Assembly: GCA_037445915.1 (NCBI GenBank)
Contig: JBBIJQ010000039.1
Span: forward strand, 1-18,205
Length of the DNA stretch: 18,205 nt
Source: Planctomycetales bacterium
GTDB taxonomy: Bacteria; 4484-113
Reading direction: 5' to 3'
In this document: one piece after another, positions 17,580 to 18,205 of the stretch
Numbering within the stretch: the first letter of the stretch is position 1
Layout: each line of letters opens with the position of its first letter
Notes under the pieces: generated by a model
Told to the model about the DNA's origin: nothing
What the model saw: the letters and a program-made list of their open reading frames with translations, nothing else
Database searches by the model: none
Translations under genes and position numbers: made by a program

Positions 17580-18205
17580 ATGAGACGACAGCTTGCTAGT
17601 GCGATTTCAATAGCAATTCTGCTCACGCTCGCAGCAGCCTTTACCGCGCTTGGGCAGCCTGCGGCATCGTATCCGATAGATTACTTTGGGGTGAGATTAG
17701 CGCCGGGCAACTACCGCCGCATCGTATCGCTAGCCCCAAACCTTACCGAGACTGTGTTTTTTGTTGGGGAGTTCAAGCGCCTTGTCGGGGTAACGAGCTA
17801 CGATACATACCCTCCCGAAGTGAAAGAGCTGGCGAAGGTTGGCGGGTTCATTGACCCCGACCTGGAGATTATCCTATCGCTGCGCCCTGACCTAGTTCTC
17901 GCATACCGCGGCAATCCGCTTCCTGCCATCAACAAGCTCAAAGAGCTTGGGCTACGCGTTTTTGTGCTGGATAGCCCGCAAACTCTGGATGAGCTAAGCC
18001 GGCAGTCGGTAATGATTGCGCAGCTTTTACAGGCTGACGAGAAACACATGCGGCGCGCCGAAGGCTTCTCCAAGCGCATTGCAGAAGCGCGCAGCCGGGC
18101 AGCCGCGCTTAGCGCGCATCCCCGGGTGCTAATGCTGGCTGGGAGCGTCCAGCCGCCGTATTACTCGGCCGGGAGAGGGAACTACGTTGACGACTAGATT
18201 GTTTC
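17580..18205 (+). CDS. btuF: Cobalamin-binding periplasmic protein (BtuF-like), with in-frame TAG at 18195-18197; probably continues past the window
   Basis: Signal peptide; RIVSLAPNLTE, LVGVTSYDTYP, VGGFIDPDLEIILSLRPDLV. Family-like sequence seems to run through the stop (YVDD*IV). Confidence 0.85.

Noticed and set aside
18195..18197. Alternative genetic code (TAG reassigned)
   Set aside because: TAG is the natural terminator of several complete genes in the window.

Overview
Bacterial chromosomal window of moderately high GC, mostly transcribed on the + strand. From left to right it holds: (1) a TetR-TolC-MFP-RND efflux operon with a palindromic operator, in which the RND gene is split by a frameshift; (2) a divergent DHH/DHHA1-like phosphoesterase with a degenerate HD-like N-terminus; (3) a GNAT acetyltransferase and a secreted DUF4139-type protein; (4) a cluster of GTAG-type REP palindromes; (5) a RocB-like M20 peptidase coupled to a Zn-ribbon/TM/HEXXH protein; (6) a visibly lower-GC, reverse-strand cassette encoding a frameshifted S8 subtilase lipoprotein and a second lipoprotein; (7) a compact cobalamin riboswitch ahead of btuD-like and btuF-like genes, the latter with an in-frame TAG near the window edge. 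No CRISPR array, tRNA, rRNA or transposase was seen. The best candidates for undescribed biology are the HD-like/DHH fusion, the S8 plus lipoprotein cassette, the Zn-ribbon/TM/zincin protein and the P2-less B12 riboswitch. All assignments come from reading motifs by eye, with no database searches.
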